Counted from the stretch's first letter, positions 40,751 to 54,410 are shown. The stretch is DNA of 64,000 nucleotides from Octopus vulgaris (GCA_951406725.2 OX597822.1:94860001-94924000); one strand, 5' to 3'. Numbers and translations: made by a program. Notes: generated by a model not told the origin, from the sequence alone.

Positions 40751-41165
40751 ATATTTCTATTCATATTTATGCATATAGGAATACACACACACACATACTA
40801 ACATACATTTATACATACGCCTGAACGCGTCAATAAAATTACTAAAAGGAGTTTCAAATTCTTTTACAATGCCGGAATTTGAAGACTAGAGGGGGTTACT
40901 TGACTGCCTCGACCCCAGTGCTTAACTGGTACTGTATTTCAGCGACAGCAAAAGAACGAAAAGAAAAGTCAAAATCGGTAAACCTGTACACAGAAGACAA
41001 AGAAGCGGAAGAAATACTGCTGAGAATTTTGCCAGATCAATAAAATTATCAAAAGAATTCTTCACAAATTACAGAATAGAGAGAGAGGTGATCATCTTGT
41101 GGACGTGAAACTTAACATAAAACTAAAACAGTGACCTGTAAGTAGAAACCTTCAAAACGAATATA

Positions 41166-41257
41166 CGCCCGCAGAGGGACTCGAACCCGCGACCCTCAGA
41201 TTACTTCTAAGGTTGACCTATAAAAGTCTGATGCTCTACCGACTGAGCTATGCGGGC
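41166..41257 (-). tRNA. tRNA-Lys(UUU) with 19-nt intron (family D)
   Basis: Intact exons, TTTT downstream. Confidence 0.92.
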
Positions 41258-42072
41258 GGACACTCGCTGAAGTTTTATATTATGTATAAAAGCAAGATTG
41301 ATAACGCTTTGTTCATTGCGCTGTGCGATGACAGTTCATTCACCGTCAGTTGCTTACGACGGACTGGAATATAAAATGAACGCTAGTAAAGGTTCGCCAG
41401 TATTTTATGCTGCACTGATTAATTCTTCCACTTCGATACGTTCGTTTTTCTGAACAAAAATCTATTCTTTTAGTAGGATGGGAAGCAGACCAAGTGACCT
41501 TACACAGGATCTCGGAAATTTGTGGGGGAAAAGAAGGGAGGAAAACCGGACACGTGGCCTGTTTTCTAGCTATAGAGTAAACTCTGCTAAAGACACACAA
41601 AGTTCAAGATAGCGATATTAAACCGTGATACGGTTTAAATCTACCACTCATGGAGGACATAGCAGGATTTAAACTAAGAGTACAGTGCGCTGTAACATAT
41701 ACAGCAAAGTACTGAGTCCCACCCTCTAACAGCTCAAAAGAAGAGAGAGAGAAAGAGAGAGGGGGGAGGTGGAGAGAGAGAGAGAGAGCAACATTGCAAA
41801 CATTCTTAATTTGAATGAATGACGGAACGTTAACATTGTAACCGTTCCTCAACATGCACCTAAATTACAGCCAAATCATATTCTTCTATTTTAAAAAGAT
41901 GATGGAAATGTAGGGCGACAGGCAATGCAGTCCTATCAGGGCTATCAGGATGAAGCCAAATCGAAACAAGGAAGTTGACAGCCTTAAGAACAATTAACTG
42001 AAATTTTTACATATGCATGGGGAGATAGACCTGGTATTTAAGAAATGTTTGTTTTCGCACAGTGCCATGCCT

Positions 42073-42302
42073 ATTTCTTTATTACCCACAAGGGGCTAAA
42101 CATAGAGGGGACAAACAAAGACAGACATAGTTATTAAGTGGATTATATCGACCCCAGTGCGTAAATGGCACTTATTTAATCGACCCTGAAAGGATGAAAG
42201 GCAAAGTCGACCTCGGCGGAATTTGAACTCACAACGTAACGACAGACGAAATGCGGCTACGCATTTCACCCGGCGTGCTAACATTTCTGCCAGCATGCCG
42301 CC
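42073..42302 (-). mobile_element. SINE (GGCGGCGAGCTGG family)
   Basis: Matches 657-885. Confidence 0.8.
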
Positions 42303-42695
42303 TTCCACCCGTGTCATACCTAAGCCAACGAACTTATAATCAAACACATTCCAACCGTGAATATCATGTTTATTCAGGACTGTATACAATGACATTTAAT
42401 GTGAATGAAAATGGCATTTTGAGAGTTTTAGAGAGATTTCGCTGCAGTTAATTGCGGATCGATCGACCACGAATATCGATCGACCACGAATATGCCCGTC
42501 TGTTGGTGCTAGAGTTATCTGACAACTGCGACAGAACCAAATCGAAACGCTCGTGCATATTCTCAATCCATCCTTTTCCAAAATTAAACCTACTGAAATA
42601 TCTTCGCTCCATGCAGCCACACACATACATACACAACAACCGCACGTGCACACATGCACAAACACACACGCACATAGACACACAGACGCTCATAG

Positions 42696-42924
42696 GGCGG
42701 CGAGCTGGCAGAAAGGTTAGCACGCCGGGCGAAATGCGTAGCCGTATTTCGTCTGTCGTTACGTTCTGAGTTCAAATTCCGCCGAGGTCGACTTTGCCTT
42801 TCATCCTTTCGGGGTCGATAAATTAAGTACCAGTTACACACTGGGGTCGATGTAATCGACTTAATTCCTTTGTCTGTCGTTGTTTGTCCCCTCTATGTTT
42901 AGCCCCATGTGGGCAATAAAGAAA
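42696..42924 (+). mobile_element. SINE (GGCGGCGAGCTGG family), inverted relative to 42073
   Basis: Full-length copy. Confidence 0.8.
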
Positions 42925-44315
42925 TGCATAGACACACACTCTCACACACACATATACACATACACATATTATATACAAATACACCTAATGGCGTGTATAA
43001 ATCTATAGAAAATTGTTTCAGATTTTGGCTCAAATCCTGCAATTTTAGGGGCGGTTACAGTCAGTTACAACAAACCTAGTTTTCCACTGATTCTTTATTT
43101 TATCGACGCCGGAATAATGAAAGGCAAAGTCGACCTCGGCGGAATGTGAAATCAGAATCTAAAGAGGCAGGAGAAATGCCGCTAAGCATTCTGTCTGTTG
43201 TGCTAACGATACTGCCAACTCACCAATACATTTAAGCATCAATACAGGTCGACAAACATAGACTCTCACTTTAAAATGAGAAACTCTACTCACACTCGCA
43301 CACACTAAAACGGAAGAAAATGAAGCATTTAGCGTACATCTAATTTCGCATACTGAAAATTAAAAATACTATATGAAGTAGGTTACGAAACGGCTGTTAT
43401 CATCTGGAACTATAAATCTTTCTTCGCCTCTCATACCTATTTCTTTATTACCCAAAAGGGGCTAAACATAGAGGGGACAAACAAGGACAGACGTAGGTTT
43501 TGAGTCGATTACATCGACCTCTAGTGCGTAACTGGTACTTAATTTATCGACCCCGAAAGGATGAAAGGCAAAGTCGACCTCATACCTCCTGACTGTATGC
43601 TGTATTTAGTCCTCGCAGAAAAATTCATTGTTCGGATTTCCTGCATTTTGAGTTACACGGATATATTACATTACACTACGTGGTACTTGATTTCTATTTA
43701 AACTAATAGCCGACTTCGAAGGGGAAAGTTTACTGAGAGTGCTGCATGATTCTCTGAATCCATATTTTATACTACGCTTTTTTACACACACAAAGATACA
43801 CTCATAGGATTATATACTATGAAGTCTACTGTGCATGAAAATGGTATTGTGAGAGTTTTGAGAGTTTTCGCTGCGGTTAGTTGTAGATCTATCGACCACA
43901 AATATGCTCTATGTGTTGGCGTTACAGTTATCTGATAACTGCGACAGAACCAAATCGAAAAATTCGCGCACAATCTCTTCGAAAATTAATCTTACTGAAA
44001 TAACTTCGCTCCATGCAGCCGCACACACACACACATTTCAATTCTTATTTATGCATACACACACGCATATTAACATATATATTTATACATACTCAATAAA
44101 CATACAAAAATCGTCAATAAACTTGAATAAATGTCAATAAACTTACAAAAATCGATTTCAAATTCTTTCACATGTCCGGAATTTCAAGAGGAGAGAGGAT
44201 TAGTCAACTGAATCAACCCCAATGCTTAGCTTGTTTAGATTCCAACTCAATACTAATTTTCAAGAGATTAAAACTGCATGTAGGCTGATAGGTCTATGAA
44301 CTAAAATAAATTATG

Positions 44316-44407
44316 CGCCCGCAGAGGGACTCGAACCCGCGACCCTCAGATTACTTCTAAGGTTGACCTATAAAAGTCTGATGCTCTACCGACTGAGCTA
44401 TGCGGGC
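44316..44407 (-). tRNA. tRNA-Lys(UUU) with 19-nt intron (family D)
   Basis: Intact exons. Confidence 0.92.
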
Positions 44408-45123
44408 GGACAGAAAATAGCGGTATATATTGTCTATAAAAGCAAGAGTGATAAAAGGTGCTTATGTATTGTAATGCAATGACAATTTATTCATACAATC
44501 TGTTGTTGATGACAAACTCAAATGTAAAATATACGGGGCATAAATTACGGTTGTATTTCATGCACCACCACCAATTCCTCCATTGAGATATGTTAGCTTT
44601 TTTTAAAAAAAAGCAAATCCGTCGGAATGTGAATCAGGCTACATCCCGAAAATTCATTTCTTTGACGAATTTCTACAATGTTTACGGCGATTCCTTTTTA
44701 TATCTTGATGTTTTATTTTTCATGCAATTTACGCATGCTTGCACGCGTGGTGAACACAGTTCACGTCAAACAGCCGACTGAGTAAAGTTCACTATTCAAT
44801 GCATGGGATAAGGCCTAAACAAACACATTATCGATTTTTGCACTTGCGAAATGAACTTCGGAACAGAAATAGCGCAGTTCAATTTTCATTCGCTTAAACT
44901 TTAAGTGACCCATGTTTGGTGGTTCTACGATTTGTTGGCTAGGAGGAGATGTACCGAGAAGTTAAACACACAGACACACACACAGATAAACACACAGACC
45001 CACAAGTTGAGTTTTATATATATAGATATAATAAAACTAAAAAATCCTGGATCTCGTAAAGCGGGTCCTCGTAAAGTGCAGTATTACTGCATATACGCAA
45101 ATATCAAGCAGTGAGAACAGGTA

Positions 45124-45159
<36 letters not shown>

Positions 45160-45162
<3 letters not shown>

Positions 45163-45590
45163 ATGAAGTATATCTGCCACCTAAATGTGGCTGACCCATA
45201 TGGAACGATGCTACTGTAGTTTATAGTCCCAGGAAGACATCTCCTCCGGCTGGCTAACGACACATTGTCTGTGCTCGATCAGTATTTGCGAAGGGAAATA
45301 ATCGTTCCCAGCCCCAGCTTGACGGGATGCACATGGACCCGGGTTTCCATTCTCATCCCAAGCCAGTGATTGTCACACGCTTATGATGGGTTGCTACTCT
45401 GAAACCCGGATCCGTCTGTATCCCATCAGGCTGAAGATGGGAACGATGATTAACCTTCGTCAATACTGATCGAGCACAGACAGTGTGTCGTTAGCCAGCT
45501 GGAGGAGATGTCTTCCTGGGGTTATAAACTACAGTAGCATCGTCCCATATGGGTCAACCACATTTAGGTGGCAAATATACATCACGATGT
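45160..45590. repeat. ~430-bp imperfect palindrome adjoining a (TA)n tract
   Basis: 45160-45345 is the diverged reverse complement of 45400-45590. Confidence 0.75.
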
Positions 45591-45929
45591 GGTACTGCTA
45601 CTGTTTAATTCTCCCTCAGGGACTTAATATTACTGATATATATATATTGATAAAAATGGTACGACAACAAAAGAAAGAGACCTCGATATTATGTAAATAG
45701 AGAAATTTATCTGTAAATGTAATATGTGACAATTATTCGGTAGCCATGATAAAACTCCGAGTCTCGGATGCCGAGGTGGAAAACCACGCCGCCATCTCTT
45801 CAGTTAGCCGGCCATCGGGAAAATGCTATGAAAAATGACCGTTATACAAAGGGAAATTACTGCGTGATTGACCGAATAATTGTCACATATTACATTTACA
45901 GATATGTGTGTGTGTGTATATGTATATAC

Positions 45930-45984
<55 letters not shown>

Positions 45985-46039
45985 CACATATTTATATATA
46001 CATACATAGACATATGTATGTATGTATGTATAAGTAAGT

Positions 46040-46340
46040 AGGCGCATGACTTAGTGGTTAGGGTGTTGCACTCATGACTGCGAGATCGTGAGTTCGATTC
46101 CCAGACCAGGTGTTGCGTTGTGTTCTTGAGCAAAGCACTTCATTTCACGTTGCTCTGCGATCACTTCGTCATATAACATGGTACACATGGTGCACCTGTA
46201 CAGGTAATGTCACTTAGATGGAGCAAGTGAGCTTATATGAACACAAACATTTGATCACTATAAACAAATCGTCTATGTGATGGCTTCGCAATTTCTTGCC
46301 GAACCCTCATACGTCATCTAACGACGGGAGAGTCTATGGT
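46040..46340 (+). mobile_element. tRNA-derived SINE
   Basis: Head GGCGCATGACTTAGTGGTTAGGG...GAGTTCGATTCCC. Confidence 0.65.
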
Positions 46341-47417
46341 ACGAGTGTACATATATAACTCCATGTATGTGTAGCGATATCTGACACCCTCACTGTTTGA
46401 GAGACACGGCAGGAATGATCTCGTTTGAGATTACAGCCATCTTTGGCCGAGTTGTTCCTGTTGTGTCCACTGAATTGATTGGTTGACATGTGGCGCGATT
46501 TGTCTCTACTTATTTCGCGCCACTGTCCAAAGCCAACCAATCACGGCCTTTGGTTAAGGTCCCTTTTCATAGGCTCTGTTGAGCCACCTTTCTTGTATAT
46601 AAAGGATTGTTCTCAGTATACTTGGTCTTTGACTCCAGACCTTCTAAGGTCTAGTCACTGACCACAGAGCTACTCAACATGTTCCAGTTCCAGCGTCAGA
46701 CGATTGCTCCTGCTACAACCAGCGACGACGCCATTGCCTTGGGTATAGCTTTATACTGTACCCGATATTGGAGACTTGGCTCAGGAGATCCAGTGTTACG
46801 GAGATTGTCACGGATATGTATCAGGTATTGTGACCCTACTCCAGATGTTCCAGGATTATGAGGATCCTGGAACTGCCTCTTAGACACTGTTGACCCGAGT
46901 TCAATTCTAATGCGGCGTAGTATCACCTGACAAAGTCTCAGCTTTGGGTTCATTTAGATTATTAGAGTTCACCTGTCTGTGCATCTGACTATGGGATTTG
47001 GCGGTGTCTGTGCAAGAAATCATCATGTTTTAATGGAAGGGGGAAATAAATATTCGTACATGTCAAAATTCTTTATTTATTTAATTTCTAATGCACATAA
47101 ATGGGATATACTAATACTATATTTGCATACACATGCATAAACTAAGAATATACAAAAGAAACTAATTAATTATAGTAAACTAATGAATTTATATACAATT
47201 ATAAATATTTAGGGGTGAAAAAAGTAAGCGCCTTATGAATGCTAAACACTGGGTAACCCTGTGAACCTGCCATAACTAATATTCTGTGAATACGCTACTG
47301 GTGTATGACTTAGAAAATGCTTCCTTTCGGATTTATGATTTACTCGGGATGTATCTGTGTGTGAATGTGTGTGCATGCTTGTGTGTGCGTCTGTGTGTGT
47401 ATATACATGTGTGTGTG

Positions 47418-47497
<80 letters not shown>

Positions 47498-47910
47498 GAC
47501 GCCATGATAGATCGTTAGCTACTACACACATTTTTTTTCTCTCCTTGTTTTTTTCTGTGTATCTTTCTGTAGAAGAGCGTAGGCTCGAAACGTAAAAGAC
47601 TTTTTCTATTCCTGAGCGCTATACTTATAGATCTGTTTGTTTTGTACACCACCTGTCTTCGTCTTTTGTTTTCATTTTCGTAAACTTTCCCTTTAAACAC
47701 ATATATATGTATATAATTTCCGAGGCACGTTAGCAGACACGGATGTACATACACTCTAATTTCAAAAACAAACAATATAGAGACAATAAAAAAAAGCTAA
47801 TAAACAGACATGAATGAATTCATCGTAAAACTTCAGACGAAATCATAGCCTCACGGAAGAGATAAACGATACAATAAAGTAAAAAGATTAAATAAAGCAA
47901 AAGTTTCATA

Positions 47911-48014
47911 CGCCCGCAGAGGGACTCGAACCCGCGACCCTCAGATTACTTCTAAGGTTACTTCTAAGGTTGACCTATAAAAGTCTGATGCTCTACCGAC
48001 TGAGCTATGCGGGC
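47911..48014 (-). tRNA. tRNA-Lys(UUU) with 31-nt intron (family D with 12-nt internal duplication)
   Basis: TTACTTCTAAGG occurs twice in tandem. Exons intact. Confidence 0.88.
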
Positions 48015-48355
48015 GGACACGTTGCCAGTTGTCATATTATCTATAAAACCTAAGTTCAAAGAACATTTCCTTTTGTATTTCAGTTTTCCACGCTCTCATA
48101 AAATCGTATGAAATCCTGTAAGAAGTGACGAGTTCTGCTTTTCCTCAGTATTAAATGGCTTTTCTTTTAAAAAGTGCTAACCTACCTAGAATTAATCGGC
48201 GAAACATAAAATACACTTCGAGATTATTATATTATATGTACTTCAGTTAGTCATAAATAAGAGACGCTCAATAAATTGCCATCACACTGCAATACAAAGA
48301 GAAACGTTCTATCGACTTTGCTTTTGTAGATAATATGAGACCAACGTAGCTTTTC

Positions 48356-48409
48356 GCCCGCATAGCTTAATCGGTAGAGCTTCAGGCTTTTATAGGTCAG
48401 CCTTAGAAG
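48356..48409 (+). pseudogene. tRNA-Lys 5' exon plus family-D intron only
   Basis: GCCCGCATAGCTTAATCGGTAGAGCTTCAGGCTTTTA-TAGGTCAGCCTTAGAAG, with no 3' exon. Confidence 0.8.
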
Positions 48410-48656
48410 AAATTAATTTAAATTTAAGTATGGTGAAATTAATTTAAATTTGAGTGTGGTCGATCGAATCCACTTCATGCGTGCAAGATTCGCTACATAT
48501 ATTTTTTTTTCTCTCCTTGTTTTTTCTGTGTCCCTTTGTGTAGAAGAGCGTAGGCTCGAAACGTAACAGACTTTTTCTATTCCTGAGCGTTATACTAATA
48601 CATCTATTTGTTTTATACACCACCTATCTTCGTCTTTTGTTTTCTTCGTAAACTCT

Positions 48657-48696
<40 letters not shown>

Positions 48697-49062
48697 TACT
48701 CGTCCTGTCGAAAAGACGCTTGTCTGTGATGTCCTGTTTTTGTTGTTATTATTATTATCATTATTGTTTTTACGTATTTTTGTATTTTTATTCGTGTAAC
48801 ATCGTCCTGTTTTCCGTCCTTGTTTTGTATACATTCGAGGCTTTCTTCCAAGGAATCTAATGCGCTTGGCTTAGATTTTCCTTTGGGGCAGGCCAGATCG
48901 GAGCAATCTCAAGATTAATCAGCCGAAATTGCGAAGATGATCCGGTTCTTGACTGAAGATTGAAGGCTTCGAATGTCCCGTCCGTGTTTTTTGTATCGTC
49001 TTCTAAATGTTTTGCGTTCCTGTCCCAGTTTGTATTTTTTTACTTTTAAGGGTAAAGATACA

Positions 49063-49118
<56 letters not shown>

Positions 49119-50036
49119 TTCATCTTTTAGACCGATGTGGACGCTCTACTTATATTTATAGGTGACTGATGACTTGTGCGGTGTATTGGTTTAAGACGAA
49201 GATTTGCATCTTGTCAACTTCTGCTTCTCTCTCATATCCGTGACTATTTTCAATCCAGAAGCAAGACCCGGTGAAAACGTTTGGGAATGGTGACTGCTGT
49301 AGTCAATGGCTGAGATAATCTTACCTCATCTTGCTCTCTGCACTCCAGAATGTCACTTCCCCTTCCGTTGAACCATGAAGGTTTCTTCCACAGACACCGC
49401 CAAATCCAATATTCAGATGTTGCCGGATTAGGAGGATTGTGGAACTCTTAGACACTGTTGATCCAAGTTCAATTGTAATGCGTCATAGCAGCACCTGGCA
49501 ACGTTTCATCTTTGGGTTAATTACCTTATTATTAGAATTTACCTGCCTGTGCATCTCAATATTGGATTTGGAGGTGTCTGTTGAAGAAACCATCATGATT
49601 CAACGGAAGAGGAAGTGACATTCTGGAGTGCAGAGAGCAAGATGAGGTAAGATTATCTCAGACATCGTCTACATCATTTTAAACAATTTCACCGTGAACC
49701 TGCCATAACTGATATTCTGTGAAAACTCTACAGGTTTATGACTTTCAATATGCTTTCTTTCGGATTTATGATTTACTGAGGATATATCTGTGTGTATGAA
49801 TGTAGGTGTGTGTATATACATATGTATATATGTATAGAGAGAAAGAGTAGGAGAGGGGAGAGAGGGGAACGTTTGCAGACACGGTTGTACATAGCCCCTC
49901 ATTTCAAAAACATAGACAATATACAAACAATAAAAAAAACTAATAAACAGACATGAATAAATTCATTGTAAAACTTCAGACGAAATCATAGCCTCACGGA
50001 AGAGATAAACGACACAATAAAGTAAAAAAAAGGTTA

Positions 50037-50128
50037 CGCCCGCAGAGGGACTTGAACCCGCGACCCTCAGATAACTTCTAAGGTTGACCTATAAAAGTCT
50101 GATGCTCTACCGACTGAGCTATGCGGGC
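50037..50128 (-). tRNA. tRNA-Lys(UUU), 19-nt intron (TAGGTCAACCTTAGAAGTT)
   Basis: Intact, T8 terminator. Confidence 0.93.
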
Positions 50129-51267
50129 GGACGTTTAGCAATCTCTCATATTATCTATAAAAGCAAAATTGAAAGAACATTCCTCTTTGTATTGCACTGT
50201 CATGACTATTCATTGAGCGTCCTTTGTTTATGACAAACTGAGGTACATAGATATAATAATGTTCAAGCGTGTCTTATGTTTCACCGATTAATTATTCCAC
50301 TTAGGTAGGTTAGCTTTTTCGAAAGAAAAACTGTTCAGTACTGAGGGAGAACAGAACCCATCACTTCCCACAGGATTTCATACGATCTGTCAGAGCTCAA
50401 GATAAGTGTGTGTAAAACTGTAAGTGGAGAAAACCGAAAATGTTCACGAATTCTTGCAAAAGAGTGGAAACACAAACTACGAGATGTTGATATAAATTCG
50501 TGCAACGGCTCAAACCTGACAGCTTTGTTTGTACATATATGTATGTATATATGCATATCTCTATATTATTATTTATATTATTATATGATCGAACGCCACG
50601 CATCCTTTTCCAAGTAAGTTTTATCTTAATAATTACGATGCGCACCCTTCTATCTTTACTATCTCTTCCCCTTCTATCTCTCTCCCTCTCTTGTTCTTCA
50701 TCCTTTCTGGCTTTCTCTCCCTATTCTTCCCTATTCTTCTCTTCTCCTCTTCACCTCAGTCCTCCTCCTCGACTCTCTCGTCGCTGACACGTGACGAAAG
50801 GTAATCTATCTTTCTGACTACTACCTTCGTAAAGACAACAACGTGCTTATACTGTCTCCTTCATAAGCTCGTCCTCCTAGCGTTCAGAAGGATTTTTCTA
50901 TCGTCTTGACTTAACAACCCTCAACGTTTGTTTTTACTGTTTTGTTTTCAATGTTCTGTTCTTGTTACCACTTTCACACACTGCAAAAAAATAAATAAAT
51001 TTTATTTAACTTGCTTTGCGGGAAGCACTGTTTCAAGGAGGTCTCGTCTTCTCCTTACTTTCGTAACGCGGAGTAGATGAAACATGGACAACTGAAGAAG
51101 TGGAATATTCTTTATGTTGTATGTCTCGTTTTTCTGTTTTTTTCCGTTGTTCGAAAAAAAAGGTCGTTTCTATGTTTTTGTACTTATGTTTTCGCTTTTC
51201 TTTTTATTCAACGTTTCTTTTATGTCCTGTACCCATATATGCATGTATATATACATATATATGTAGG

Positions 51268-51331
<64 letters not shown>

Positions 51332-51436
51332 AACATATATATGTATATGTGTGTGTGTGTGTGTATATATACATATATATATATATACATATATATATAC
51401 ATATATATATATATATGTATATATGTATATATATAC

Positions 51437-51592
<156 letters not shown>

Positions 51593-52194
51593 TTCATCTT
51601 TTAGACCGATGTGGACTTTCTACCCATATTTATAGGTGACTGATGACTTGTGCGGTGTATTTGTTTAAGACGAAGATTTGCATCTTGTCAACTTCTGCTT
51701 CTCTCTCATATCCGTGACTATCTTCAATCCAGAAGCAAGACCAGGTGAAAACGTTTGGGAATGGTGACTGATGTAGTCAATGGCTGAGATAATCTTACCT
51801 CATCTTGCTCTCTGCACTCCAGAATGTCACTTCCCCTTCCGTTGAACCATGAAGGTTTCTTCCACAGACACCGCCAAATCCCATATTCAGATGTTGCCGG
51901 ATTAGGAGGATTGTGGAACTAACTCTTAGACACTGTTGATCCGAGTTCAATTGTAATGCGTCATAGTAGCACCTGACAACGTTTCAGCTTTGGGTTAATT
52001 ACCTTATTATTAGAATTTACCTGCCTGTGCATCTCAATATTGGATTTGCCGGTGTCTGTTGAAGAAACCATCATGATTCAACGGAAGAGGAGGTGACATT
52101 CTGGAGTGCAGAGATCAAGATGAGGTAAGATTATCTCAGACATCGTCTAAATCATTTTAAAGAATTTCACCGTGAACCTGCCATAACTGATATT

Positions 52195-52771
52195 CTGTGA
52201 ATACTCTACAGGTGTGTAGTGATCCTATATAACGGTGCGCGCTCGCGCACCGTCCATTTCTGTTTCGCGCGTGTGGGGTTGGTGCTTTCACCACCGGAAG
52301 AAGGACCATTTGCCTACGTGGCAGTTTAGCCGCGAGGTAAGGGGAGCGTAGGACGTTGACCACCAGCGTCCAGTAGGCAGTGACTTGAGACACAGCTATC
52401 GAAGGCACTAGACGTGTAGTTCTCTCTCTCCGGATTTGATAGCAGCAGCCTTTTAGCCGAAGGCTCTCAACCTGGGATTTGTTGCCGACCACATCATCTT
52501 CTCTCTCCGGACGCCATTTTGACCAGTGTCGTTTGCATTTGAACACTGTAAATTCTACAGCGATAAAGTTCAGCTCTGACACATCCATACCAAAGGGATA
52601 CCAGATAGACCACTTATTTGTTACTGTCATAAGAGAATAAAGTAGATATATATTTTTTACGTTTGCGTCCTGTTGTTTCTGACTGGTAGAATCTGGATTA
52701 TTAAAAGCAACGGAAAGTGATTGCACCAACTGCACCCGAAAAGTGCAGAGAAGATATTCACTGCCGTTACA
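52195..52771. mobile_element. Solo LTR (Gypsy-type), TG...CA with 4-bp TSD GGTG
   Basis: Starts TGTAG, ends TTACA. Sister units show the empty site. Confidence 0.85.
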
Positions 52772-53100
52772 GGTGTATGACTTTGAATATGCTTCCTTTC
52801 GGTTTTAGGATTTACTGAGGATATATCTGTGTGTATGAATGTATGTGTGTGTATATACATATGTATGTATATATATAGAGAGAGGGAGAGAGAGGGGGGG
52901 TTAGAGAAGGGAATGTTAGCAGCCACAGATGTAAATAGCCCCTCATTTCAAAAACATAGACAATATACAAACAATAGAAAAAACTAATAAACAGACATGA
53001 ATAAATTCATTGTAAAACTTCAGACGAAATCATAGCCTCACGGAAGAGATAAACGACACAATAAAGTTAAAAAAATATTCAATAAAGCAAAAACGATTTA

Positions 53101-53192
53101 CGGCCGCAGAGGGACTTGAACCCGCGACCCTCAGATAACTTCTAAGGTTGACCTATAAAAGTCTGATGCTCTACCGACTGAGCTATGCGGGC
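53101..53192 (-). tRNA. tRNA-Lys(UUU), 19-nt intron, C2:C71 mismatch
   Basis: 3' end TGCGGCCG; otherwise intact. Confidence 0.8.
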
Positions 53193-53628
53193 GGACATTT
53201 AGCAATCTCTCATATTATCTATAAAAGCAAAATTGAAAGAACATTCCTCTTTGTATTGCACTGTCATGACTATTCATTGAGCGTTCATTGTTTATGACAA
53301 ACTGAGGTACATAGATATAATGATGTTCAAGCGTGTCTTATGTTTCACCGATTAATTATTCCACTTAGGTAGGTTAGCTTTTTCGAAAGAAAAACTGTTC
53401 AGTACTGAGGGAGAACAGAACCCATCACCTCTCACAGGATTTCATACCATCTTGTCAGAGCTCAAGATAAGTGTGTGTAAAACTGTAAGTGGAGAAAACC
53501 GGAAAGGGTCCCGAATTCTTGTAAAACAGTGGAAACACAAACTACGAGATGTTGATATAAATTCGTGCAACGGCTCAAACCTGACAGCCTTGTTTGTACA
53601 TATATGTATGTATATATGCATATATATA

Positions 53629-53673
<45 letters not shown>

Positions 53674-54342
53674 ATATGATCGAACGCCATGCGTCCTTTT
53701 CCAAGTAAGTTTTATCTTAAGAATTACAATGCGCACTCTTCAATCTTTAATATCTCTTCCCTGTCTATCTCTCTCCCTCTCTTGTTCTTCATCCTTTCTG
53801 GCTTTCTCTCCCTATTCTTCCCTATTCTTCTCCTCTCTCTCAATCCTCCTCCTCGACTCTCTCGTCGCTAACACGTGACGAAAGAGAATCTATATTTCTG
53901 ACTACTACATTCGTAAAGACAACAACGTGCTTATATTGTCTCCTTCATAAGCTCGTCCTCCTAGCGTTCAGAAGCATATTTCTATCGTATTGACTTAACA
54001 ACCCTCAACGTTTGTTTTTACAGTTTTGTTCTCATTGTTCTGTTCTTGTCACCACTTTCACACGCTGCAAAAAAAAAAAAAGAATTGTTTAATTTGCTTT
54101 GCGGGAAGGACTGTTTCAACGAAGTCGCGTCTTCTCCTTACTTTCGTAACGCGGAGTAAATGAAACATGGACAACTGAAAGAGGGGAATACTCTTTATGT
54201 TGTATGTCTCGTTTCTCTGATTTTATTCGTTGTTCGTTTCTATGTTTTTGTACTTATGTTTTCGTTTTTCATTATATTCAACGTTTCTTTTATGTCCTGT
54301 ACCCATATATGCATGTATATATACATATATATGTAGTTATGT

Positions 54343-54410
<68 letters not shown>

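Noticed and set aside
46370-47045. Possible exon or retroelement coding fragment
   Set aside because: Stops occur in the frames examined and I could not identify a motif; kept only as the relative of the hairpin repeat.
52157-52735. 192-aa ORF
   Set aside because: It lies within a solo LTR and crosses its boundary, with no recognisable gag or pol motif.
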